Shown here: positions 1 through 8,235 of the stretch, piece by piece | How the letters are laid out: every line of letters starts with the position of its first letter | How positions within the stretch are numbered: the first letter of the stretch is position 1 | Assembly: GCA_043228905.1 (NCBI GenBank) | Contig: JBHGNT010001287.1 | Coordinates: 1 to 10,250, forward strand | Reading direction: 5' to 3' | Source of the DNA: Azolla caroliniana | Lineage: Eukaryota; Plantae; Polypodiophyta | Length of the DNA stretch: 10,250 nucleotides | Notes under the pieces: model-generated | Seen by the model: the letters and a program-made list of their open reading frames with translations, nothing else | The model's database searches: none | Told to the model about the DNA's origin: nothing | Made by a program: the position numbers and the translations under genes

Positions 1-504
1 ATGGCCAGTTGCATAGCATCTATGAGCTCAAGAATACAAGCACTACTTGCTGATTTGGAAGCAATTAAATCAACTGAGATACAGGCAGAAAAGAAATTCT
101 CTTCATTAAAGACTACATATGAATGGATTGCATCGACAATCCAAAATTCAGAAAGTGAGGTGTTGAAAGAGGAGTTGAAGAAAGAGCTAAACAATATGGG
201 CACTCAATTAGGTTCATAGATGAGAGACCTTGATACTTGCAGGAATGTACATTCCGAAATAGATAATAAGTTGTCAGCTTTAAAGTTGCATTCCGAGAAC
301 CTTGTGTGCTTGATGCAAGATTTAAAACAAAAAGGTTTTGAAACTTTGTGTCCATCTGTAATTGAGCACCCAAGTGGTATGGAAAGTACCATTACTAGTA
401 TAGCTATATCACGGTATTGGCTTTAAAAGTTATTTATTTCTACTTTTGTGGTATAAATATCATATTAGCTAATATATTATAACTTGTGTTTGCAATCTGC
501 CAGG

Positions 505-630
505 TGTATATTTTGTGGCCTCGGATTCAAGCTGGAGGCTATGGATGTTGTGATTACACCGTGCTTGCACACATATCATGTGCTATGTGCTAAGTATCAT
601 TTTGAGAAAGAGAATACATGTATGGACTGT
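505..630 (+). other. RING-H2 (C3H2C3) zinc finger domain
   Basis: CIFC-x15-CLH-x2-H-x2-C-x10-CMDC matches C-x2-C-x(9-39)-C-x(1-3)-H-x(2-3)-H-x2-C-x(4-48)-C-x2-C. It is followed by a W-x3-WG motif. Confidence 0.85.
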
Positions 631-1376
631 AAAACTACAATTGCGGCTGAGTGGTACTATGCTTGGGGTTTAAAAGTACACATGTATGGTATGTGGCTCT
701 ACTATTCTATTGTTTGTATAATATGATGTCAATTTACATTTGGATTAGAACTAGTGTACGCCACAATTCATACTTCATATTTAGGAGAACAATGGATTAG
801 TATTAGTGTATCTCTAACAACTAATATGTGGAACCCTAATTATGTGGGTTAGTATTGGCAGTACTCTTAATATATAATTGGTATGTGTAGTTGAAGGGAT
901 ATTTTCCAGAATTAGTACTAAAAGGAACCAGGTACAACATTGTCCAATCTATATTGCAACTTGCCTAGTACTAGTTTAGTAGACACTATACTTGTAGTAC
1001 ACTGTTGACTGTTAGTATTGTTTGTGTAACTTGGGAATTAGTACTAGTTATGTAATTTGGGAACAAGGTGTATAGTAAATTGCTGAATATTAGTACAGTT
1101 TGTGTAATTTGGAAATGAGGTGTGTCAAACACATATCACGTTTAGTACTAATACTGTTCAAGATTAATATTGTTGGTGTAATTAGTGCAAGTTATGTAAT
1201 TAGGTGTGTAGAACACATATCGCGTTTAGTATTACTTGTGTGCAAAATACCACGTTAATACTAAAATCCAATCTACATTTGTTGGATTAGATGTTAGTCC
1301 AATCTATATTACAATGTGCCTAGTACTAGTGTTAGTATACACTATACTTGTACATTGTTGATGATTAGTACTTAGC

Positions 1377-1604
1377 GAGTAGTACATTGTTCATGATTAG
1401 TACTAGTTTTGTAAATTGGGAACTAAGTGAGTAGTACATTGCTCATGATTAGTACTAGTTTTGTAAATTGGGAACTAAGTGAGTAGTACATTGCTCATGA
1501 TTAGTACTACTTTTGTAATTTGGGAACTAAGTGAGTAGTACATTGTTCAGGATTAATACTCCTTGTGTAATTTGGGAACTAAGTGAGTAGTGCATTGTGC
1601 ATGA
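1377..1604. repeat. 52-bp tandem repeat, ~4.4 copies, intronic
   Basis: Unit GAGTAGTACATTGYTCATGATTAGTACTAGTTTTGTAAATTGGGAACTAAGT starts at 1377, 1429, 1481, 1533 and 1585. Degenerate relatives lie at ~1000-1120, and ~942-1017 is duplicated at ~1296-1370. Confidence 0.95.
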
Positions 1605-2262
1605 AAGGGCAAGAAAGTTGTATGGAAAGGGCAAGAAAGGCAAAGTTGAATGCAATGGTGAGTCATATATGTTCTCACCTGTCCGGAGAGTTGTCAACCT
1701 AATGCATTGTCTAATACCATGTACTTGTGTTACTAGCTGATGACGAAATGATCTTTGGTGAGGGAGATACGAGTCCAAAACCTAATCGTGAAGACGAATT
1801 TATCACACTCCTAGGTACACGTCAAAGCCGGTTTTTGAAAATAATGATTTAGATCATAACAACCCTATGATAGTGTTGCTTTTGGTGCATTCAATAGATC
1901 ACAACAACCTTGTTGAGCACTTAGATGTTGTGGAGAAGATAACTGACCCTACCACTTGCAATGGGGTATCTACGGCTGTACAGTATGACGTTCATTGTTG
2001 TTGGTATGTTTGCAAACTTTTGAGTATGTGAGTTGATACTAATATTCTTTGGAATCCCATTATTTAGGTTTACAAGACCAGTCTGATTCCCAATTACAAT
2101 CAAGTGAATCGGGAACTATATAGAGCACAAGTGCAGAGTCAGATTCTGGGATTAACCTTTGCACGGAGGCAGACTCTGGAAGCACATCTTCCACACATGA
2201 GGACTGTGAGAAAAATGAAGCATTCATATTTGAAGAGCAGCTGGCATGTACAAACAATAATT

Positions 2263-2490
2263 TGTCTAAAGAAGCCCATGAGGAGTGTGGAAAGAATATG
2301 GCAAGTACTGAAGAGAAGACTGATTGTACTGAGAATGTATCTATAGTGTCTAAAGAATCCCATGAGGATTGTGGAAAGAACATCGCTAGTACTGAAGAGG
2401 AGCCTGATTGTACTGAGAATGTGCTAGTAGTGTCTAAAGAATCCCATGAGGATTGTGGAAAGAACATCGTTACTAATGAAGGGGAGCCTA
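2263..2490 (+). repeat. 84-bp (28-aa) coding tandem repeat, ~2.7 copies
   Basis: TGTCTAAAGAA at 2263, 2347 and 2431. Peptide unit resembles SKESHEDCGKNIASTEEEPDCTENVLVV. Confidence 0.95.
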
Positions 2491-2525
2491 CTAGCATCAC
2501 CCATGAGGACCAGGAAATAAAGACC

Positions 2526-2650
2526 ACCCAAGAAGGGGAGCATGGTTCTCTTAAGAATGAGGAGATAGCCACCGTACAAGAGGAGTTGACCCAAGAAGGA
2601 GAGCATAGTGGTCTTAAGAATGAGGTGACTATGACCAGCCAAGAGTTCAC
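2526..2650 (+). repeat. 63-bp (21-aa) coding tandem repeat, 2 copies
   Basis: ACCCAAGAAGG at 2526 and 2589. Peptides TQEGEHGSLKNEEIATVQEEL and TQEGEHSGLKNEVTMTSQEF. Confidence 0.9.
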
Positions 2651-3014
2651 TAGGAGTATTGCTGTAGCCCACATACATGAGCCTAATTGTACTGAGACTA
2701 AGCATACTAGCAACAACATGAGTACTAAAACAACCCACATTCAGGAGATGAGTGATAATTTTTCTATCGACAGTACCTTTGTGGATGTGTGTACAAGCAT
2801 TGTAGTTGCAGAAAACACAGTTGCTCTCTCAAGCTTGCCACTAGTACAAGGTGCCCGTGCATCCACGCCTGTCTTTGATGCCTCTGATGATGAAGTGCCA
2901 CTTAGTTAGTTGATACCTAAAGGCTTTAAGATAAAGAAGAATGTAAAATCAGAAAAAACTAGCACCAACAACAAGCGCATTACAAGATCAGCCAAATTGC
3001 CCTCTAGTGCCTGA

Positions 3015-3345
3015 TTGTCTTTCGATTGTACTTGAACTTTAGTTGAACTGTTAGTGATGTGAGAAATTGAACTATTTGGTATACCAAAATACTGTCTCAT
3101 TTATCTGAAATAGTTATACCAGTGTCTTTCGGTTGTCTTTCGATTGTACTTGAACTTTAGTTGAACTGTTAGTGATGTGAGAAATTGAACTATTTGGTAT
3201 ACCAAAATACTGTCTCATTTATCTGAAATAGTTATACCAGTGTCTTTCGGTTGTCTTTCGATTGTACTTGAACTTTAGCTGAACTGTTAGTGATGTCTGA
3301 AATTGAACTATTTGGTATACCAAAATCTAGTAGTTATACCAGTGT
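3015..3345. repeat. 118-bp tandem repeat, ~2.8 copies, starting right after the stop codon
   Basis: TTGTCTTTCGATTG at 3015, 3133 and 3251. Each unit carries the perfect palindrome TTTGGTATACCAAA (3075, 3193, 3311). Confidence 0.95.
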
Positions 3346-3648
3346 GAAATTCTATATTGCCAATTGCAGAGAATGAAAATGTATTCTATTGTTAACTCTT
3401 GTAGTGTAATCTGAATTTCTATATTGCTAATTCTGAAATGATCTTTGGTGAGGGAGGTACGAATTTATCACACTCCCAAGTACACTCCCATGCAGCCATG
3501 ATTGTGTTGATTACAAATAAAATTCTATATTGTTAACTGAGATGTTATATACAGTTCGTTATACCAGATGAAGATTTAGAAGATTGGTATATACTGTCAT
3601 GCAACCGAACTTTACATCAGATGTATGTATCCGTCTAACCGAGATACT

Positions 3649-3870
3649 TTGGGAGACCACTATGTATTACTTAATACTTGCAATTGACATTGGGAGATTG
3701 TTATGTATTACTTAATACTTGCAATTGACATTGGGAGACTGCTATGTATTACTTAATACTTGCAATTGACATTGGGAGACTGATATGTATTACTTAATAC
3801 TTGCAATTGACATTGGGAGATTGCTATGTATTACTTAATACTTTCAATTGACATACTTGCAATTGACATT
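3649..3870. repeat. 41-bp tandem repeat, 5 copies plus a partial
   Basis: Unit TTGGGAGACTGCTATGTATTACTTAATACTTGCAATTGACA. TGGGAGA occurs at 3650, 3691, 3732, 3773 and 3814. Confidence 0.95.
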
Positions 3871-4036
3871 AGTACTAAACTAATATGTATATTGATACTT
3901 GTGTTAGTACTAATATGTATATTGATACTTCGAAGTATGGTCTCCTTGAGTGCACATGGTTAGAGTTGAATAATGACTTGAGTGCACACAATAGAGACTT
4001 GATAGTTGAATAAGTTTGGGCCATATTTAGGCTACT

Positions 4037-4184
4037 AAGTATTCAAGACTTCACACCTTAAACCATAGAAACAAGCAACTCTATAATTACTATAAACACT
4101 GACAATACAGAAGTATTGAAGACTTCACACCTTAAACCATGGAAACAAGCAACTCTTTAATTACCATAAACACTTACAATACAA
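4037..4184. repeat. 74-bp tandem duplication
   Basis: AAGTATTSAAGACTTCACACCTTAAACCAT..CAATACA at 4037 and 4111. Confidence 0.9.
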
Positions 4185-4358
4185 GCTCAATAAATAGTCT
4201 CAATACATCAAATATATCGATTCATAATACATAATAGAAGAAAGGAATTATATTGATTCATTTGTCAATCATCAAAATTAATATATCAATACATCAAATA
4301 GTGAACTACAAGTGGATGTTTTTCAGTTTTCTGGTACAATGTATTGATAGTGTGACTT

Positions 4359-4994
4359 TCAAGCATTAAATAGAGAGACCTCCCCTAATATGTGCTCATG
4401 AACCTCTTGGGGGACCTTGTAGACAGTGTTGTATCCCTTAACCTTGTGCTTTGCTTGAGTCATATTGAATTTGATCGCAAGAATGGCATCAACGTAGATT
4501 ATTGCGATCGGTGCTTCTTTTAGTAATGCATATGTGTTCTTGCATTGCGGCAACTTTGCATAATAGTTTCCATACACGACAGACTCACCAAGGTTGAAAT
4601 TGTTGCCCCAGCCATCCCTCACCACTTCTTTCAATAATGTCTTGCCTTGCTTGCACACTACAATGTAGTAGTCTTCTAAATCTTCATTCTGAGGAGATTT
4701 GAGCATTGCAAAATGATCTCCAACTTCTAATAAAACTGCCAAGTCTTGATGTTGGTTGTAGTATACAATATCGTTTGAATGTGCATCCTCTTCAATATCA
4801 TCTTGTCGTTCAGGCTCAAGCTTCTGCAGCTTCCAGGGCTCGACGATTGATAGGTTGATGCATTTATCCCAAGCTTCATCTATACACATGGAACAAAAGC
4901 ATGATAAAGTACGGAGTAACAATTGTGTTGTGTCCTTGCGGCTAAACCCTAATACACAATGGGTGCTGCGTGTGCCTTTCACGGTTTTACAACC
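4359..4994 (-). CDS. C-terminal fragment of a probable DNA-transposon transposase (Sola-like), 5'-truncated
   Basis: Stop-free frame of more than 200 codons beginning GCKTVKGTRSTH...LLLRTLSCFCSMC...W..C. The TVxGTRxxH..R.LSCxCxxC pattern is recalled from the region downstream of the catalytic domain in Sola-type transposases. The catalytic core is absent, so the family call is tentative. The GTG at 4982 is probably internal. Confidence 0.5.
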   Translation of the reverse strand, partial: GCKTVKGTRSTHCVLGFSRKDTTQLLLRTLSCFCSMCIDEAWDKCINLSIVEPWKLQKLEPERQDDIEEDAHSNDIVYYNQHQDLAVLLEVGDHFAMLKSPQNEDLEDYYIVVCKQGKTLLKEVVRDGWGNNFNLGESVVYGNYYAKLPQCKNTYALLKEAPIAIIYVDAILAIKFNMTQAKHKVKGYNTVYKVPQEVHEHILGEVSLFNA

Positions 4995-5934
4995 AAGGCT
5001 TCAGCGAACTCATCGATCGACGGCCCGACTCCTGTATTGCGGATGGTCAATTTGTTGACCGGTTGCAAGTCCTGGATGAACCGTAGCGTGCCTTTCTTCT
5101 TTGGTACCGTAAACCACCGGTTAGAATAGGGGGCACTCGATAGTTCGAGGATGCCCAGCTCCACTTTCTGCTTAAGAAGCTCCATCAACATCGGCATGTG
5201 AGCTCTCGGTACTGGGATCGGCTTGAGACTCCATGGTATGTGCGGTACTGTAAAGATCACCATTGGCTCGACGATGGTCGGGTTGACGCACCCGATCTCT
5301 CCTGGTGAGAATGCAAAGGCCTTCCCATGCCCCTCGAGCATTCTTCTGAACCGGCCCTCTTCCGCCGGCAGTAGGAAGCCACCCCCACCGATCTTCAATT
5401 CTCGTAGCGTTTTGTCGGTGAAACGATGTCCTATGATGGCTGGATCTCGCAAGCTCGAGTTGGTAGCGACCCCCTTTATTCGTTCCCAGCTGCCCTCCGG
5501 TGAGGGAGTCGCGACGAGCTTCACCTTCTAGCCCACAGTCTTGTATTTTGTGTCTATTTGGGCAATCCGATGCGCCCCAGTTCCGGGCCGGTTCCTCTTT
5601 CGAAGTCCGCAATGACTTCATACATGTCGATCGAGTTGACCGGTATGACTCGGTCTTCGCTTAGACCTCCTTCGACTACCTTCCCGATTTCCCCCAAGGT
5701 GTCATCAAACGAGACCGCCTCCACGGCTTCCCCAATTCCTTCGTCGTGGCTTAAGGCTCCGCACGCCTTCAAGCATATCTCGACCCATTTTCTTTCTCTG
5801 CCGTTGATGCCAGCTATGGTACACCCTCCGTTGTTGGAGAACAAAACTTTCCTACCTATTTTACAAGTGTGGGGAGTTTCCCGGTGGTCCAGACTATCGT
5901 GGCCCCCCACCTTGATAGCCCTATCTAAAAATCC
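4995..5934 (-). pseudogene. pol: pol N-terminal region and start of reverse transcriptase
   Basis: The -1 frame opens at the GGATTTT site. After a 1-nt frameshift near 5570 and a TAG at 5528-5530 it reads TKYKTVG*KVKLVA... then SSAPYSNRWFTVPKKKGTLRFIQDLQPVNKLTIRNTGVGPSIDEFAEA (first RT motifs). It is cut before the YxDD motif. Confidence 0.88.
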
Positions 5935-7538
5935 GGCTTATCATCATTTCCGAGGGTGTCCCGGTTTCATTCGTGGTTCTTCCGAACGGTCAAAAATTGG
6001 ACGGAGTGACGGTCGTCCTTACTTTTTACCCTCGCATAGGTTGAACCATTGTCCAGCACTTTCGTCTCCATTCTAGCCGTCGTGATGTATGGTTCCCCGA
6101 GGATGACCAAGTGGGAGGACGTTTCTTGCACAAAAAAGTGTTAGTTTATGTCGACGTCTCCGACGCTCACCCTAACGTTCGGGCAAGCCTCGTGCAGCTC
6201 TTCCGTGGCTCTTGTTGCCGCGTGTATCTTCCACCCGTGTTTGGTGGTGATCGGCCAATTTCCCTTTTTGTAGAAGTCCATGGACATTAGGTTAATTTCC
6301 GACCCGTGGTCGATTAATGCCACCATCGGTTCCTTGACATTCCCAATTCGAACTGGGGTCTCTGTAGTAGCTCTTGCCCAGTGCGTCTTGGCGTAGTGGC
6401 TTTCCGCGAGCTCGTCTTCCGTGGCAATCTCGTCGAAGAGTGCCGCCCTCACCTCAACCGGCTTCTCGGGCTCCGGTTCCATCGTGAGACTCTTTCTCTT
6501 CACGAGTTCCACGATGTTGTCGTGGAACTCACTTCTTGCTATACCGAGCACTTCCCTAAGCATGAGTTCTATGTGACTGTCGAGAACTCGCTCCTCTAGA
6601 ACCTTTTGTAGGTTCGTTGTTTTCTCGATTTCCGAGCTTACGCGGAAGCTTGGAATCCTACCCTTCTCCTTCTCCTGGGACCCGGTCGGAGCGGCATCGT
6701 TCTTTTTGGGCGTGCTTCGGGTGTCATACCTCCCCGAAGGGCCTGCTCCCCCGGTTTTCACCGCTCGTCTTTCGTCGATCAGGGCCTCGTAGTTCCTACA
6801 CGTGGCTTCCACAAAGCCGGTGCTTTCTTCAACGAGGTCACTCCACCCGGTAACTTCGCGCACACGTTCTTCTGCGCGCTCCACTTCTCCCTTCTGCAAC
6901 CTTCCTCCGGTCAAGGTCTCAAGAATAGCCGGCCAAAACCTAGGGTTTGAATCAGGTTTGGCCACCTTTTCCCCTACTCGGATGCTGGCTGAAGCCGAAT
7001 AGTGGATGGCTTCGACGTGCCGGGCCGCAGCCTCTTCCATTAGCCTCTTCATGCCACCTCGTCCAAAATTCGTGTCGAGCAGTCTTCGCGTGTCGCTCGC
7101 ATGTACCCGACCGTTCGAAAGGTAGACTACATTACTCTTGAGTGCTTCTCCAAAGTCAGCACATTCTCTCCGGGCATGTCCGGTGGCGTCGCACCATACG
7201 CACCTCTGATTGGTCGCCGGTCGCCGGTCGCGCGGCTGACCCTCGTCACTTCAGCGGGCTTGGGTGATCTGGAGGTCACGTACCATCCTTGTTAGTTCTT
7301 CTAGCCCTGCGTCACCCGCAGGTCCTGCGACTATGTTCGTCGGGGTTGGGCCTAGCTCGAGCCACCTCCTCATTTCTTCCATTCGGATCGGCGTCAGTTC
7401 GGCCCTGATTTCGACAGCCGGACCGATCGACGAGGATCCCTTTTCTCTCCAGTCTCGGCGTTTGTCAATCCTGCTGCATACTTCTTTGATGGTCGCCCAG
7501 TTAGTCATGAGACCTCGGTTGGTTTCCAAAAGAAGACC
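5925..7538 (-). pseudogene. gag: gag-protease reading frame (gag C-terminus, zinc knuckle, DUF4100-like region, retropepsin)
   Basis: One continuous frame: CVWCDATGHARREC (CX2CX4HX4C, 7161-7202), SSEIEKTTNLQKVLEERVLDS (DUF4100-like, from recall), ALIDHGSEINLM and VILGEPY (aspartic protease). Premature stops at 7251, 6141 and 5967. The probable natural end is ...DDKPDF* at 5925-5927. Confidence 0.85.
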
Positions 7539-7993
7539 TGTTACGGGCATGACCATATAATATCCCGTGGTAAGAATTTACCGTAGTATTCTATACACGT
7601 GGATAAGTGTGAGGGTTAAATGAGAGTGTAAAGAAGGGGAGGATTACTTTTAATCCTCGGGATTGAGACAACCCATTAGGTCAAGTGTGAACTTGCCTGG
7701 GGGCCTTGGGTTTCGCTATAAATAAGAGGCCTAGCTACCCTCATTTGATCATCTTTGGACTACATCGAGACTCTGCTCGTGTGGTGGGTCAACTCTTGTA
7801 GCGAGCGCGCCAGCACCAGGTACGACTCGACGCCACGGCGGTGGTATGGGACGCCGATCGAGGCTCGAGTCCGTCTCGATCCCTTCGCTCGGGGGTGGTC
7901 GGGTGGATCGGCACCCTTCTTTCTCTTTCTCCTTTCTATCTATCTTTTCATTATCCTTATCTTAAGCTTACGTTAGTACCAAGATCTATAATA
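7539..7993 (+). mobile_element. 5' LTR (~455 bp) of a second LTR retrotransposon
   Basis: It starts TGTTAC at the point where gag-like sequence of the - strand element appears to stop. It ends ATAATA (TAACA with C>T) 2 nt before a PBS. It has an internal TATA box and a pyrimidine-rich 3' part. The partner LTR is outside the window, so the boundaries are inferred. Confidence 0.75.
7717..7724 (+). promoter_or_regulatory. LTR TATA box
   Basis: CTATAAATAAGAGG is the typical plant LTR promoter context. Confidence 0.75.
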
Positions 7994-7995
7994 TT

Positions 7996-8005
7996 TGGTA
8001 TCAGA
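7996..8005 (+). other. Primer binding site complementary to the 3' end of initiator tRNA-Met
   Basis: TGGTATCAGA is a 10-nt match to the canonical plant PBS TGGTATCAGAGC and lies immediately after the LTR end. Confidence 0.85.
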
Positions 8006-8235
8006 TTTTTGTACTAATGTTTCTTTGTTTTTCATTTGTCTTTTGATTGATGCTGATCGATCGTTGTGCGGTTGGCCTTGATCCAGACAACGATCAACAA
8101 AGAACTTCGGTAACTCTTTCCATAATTTTTTCTTTCTATTCTCTCTTCTCCCATCTAATCATGTTTTTAGTTTATATGTAATTTTTTTCATTAAGTCAAT
8201 GATGTTGTAGTGGTCTTTAATTGATTATCTAAAAC

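Larger units (their letters stand above)
1..3014 (+). pseudogene. Spliced gene remnant: coiled coil + RING-H2 finger + acidic tandem repeats + basic C-terminal tail, probably transposon-borne
   Basis: Exon 1-413 has an in-frame TAG at 217-219. Intron 414-503 (GT..CAG) joins in frame to give ...SIAIS-R-CIFCG... Exon 504-688 ends at G|GTATGT. A further exon starts at 1737 (TAG|CT GAT GAC GAA; phase matches). The last exon is 2068-3014 after intron 2004-2067, with in-frame TAGs at 2121 and 2907 and a final TGA at 3012-3014 after a K/R-rich tail. Exon structure between 689 and 2067 is uncertain, and the true start may lie upstream of the window. Confidence 0.65.
4995..7538 (-). mobile_element. 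Degenerate Ty3/gypsy LTR retrotransposon internal fragment (gag, protease, partial RT)
   Basis: GC-richer block with domain order CCHC knuckle, protease, then RT N-terminus with no integrase in between, which is the Ty3/gypsy order. It is truncated in RT at ~4995 and interrupted in gag at 7538. Confidence 0.92.

Noticed and set aside
785-1657. Possible small exons at 785-847, 891-931 and 1591-1657
   Set aside because: The phases are compatible, but one intron would be only 43 nt and one acceptor lies within a tandem repeat. They cannot be supported without transcripts.
1737-1750. CTGATGACGAAA as a minimal hammerhead ribozyme core (also CTGATGAG at ~9884)
   Set aside because: No stem II or flanking stems were found. 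Both sites are explained as coding sequence (D-D-E and P-D-E).
2060-2740. 226-aa hydrophobic ORF on the - strand
   Set aside because: It is the antisense shadow of the acidic repeat exon on the + strand.
3649-3870. 41-bp array as a CRISPR array
   Set aside because: The units are head-to-tail with only 4 variable nt and no spacers.
4979-4982. GTGA stop/start overlap suggesting translational coupling of RT and the downstream ORF
   Set aside because: It is a by-product of the deletion junction. The GTG lies inside the motif CKTVKGTR.
5223-7560. Several + strand ORFs (e.g. 5558-6076, 7264-7560)
   Set aside because: They are antisense shadows of GC-rich gag-pol with no recognisable motifs.
7556-7570. 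Alternative LTR start at TATAATATCCCG, with 7539-7555 as the stub of another LTR
   Set aside because: TGTTA at 7539 matches the 3' end TAA(C>T)A and coincides with the break in gag, so a single LTR is more parsimonious. It is not fully excluded without the 3' LTR.
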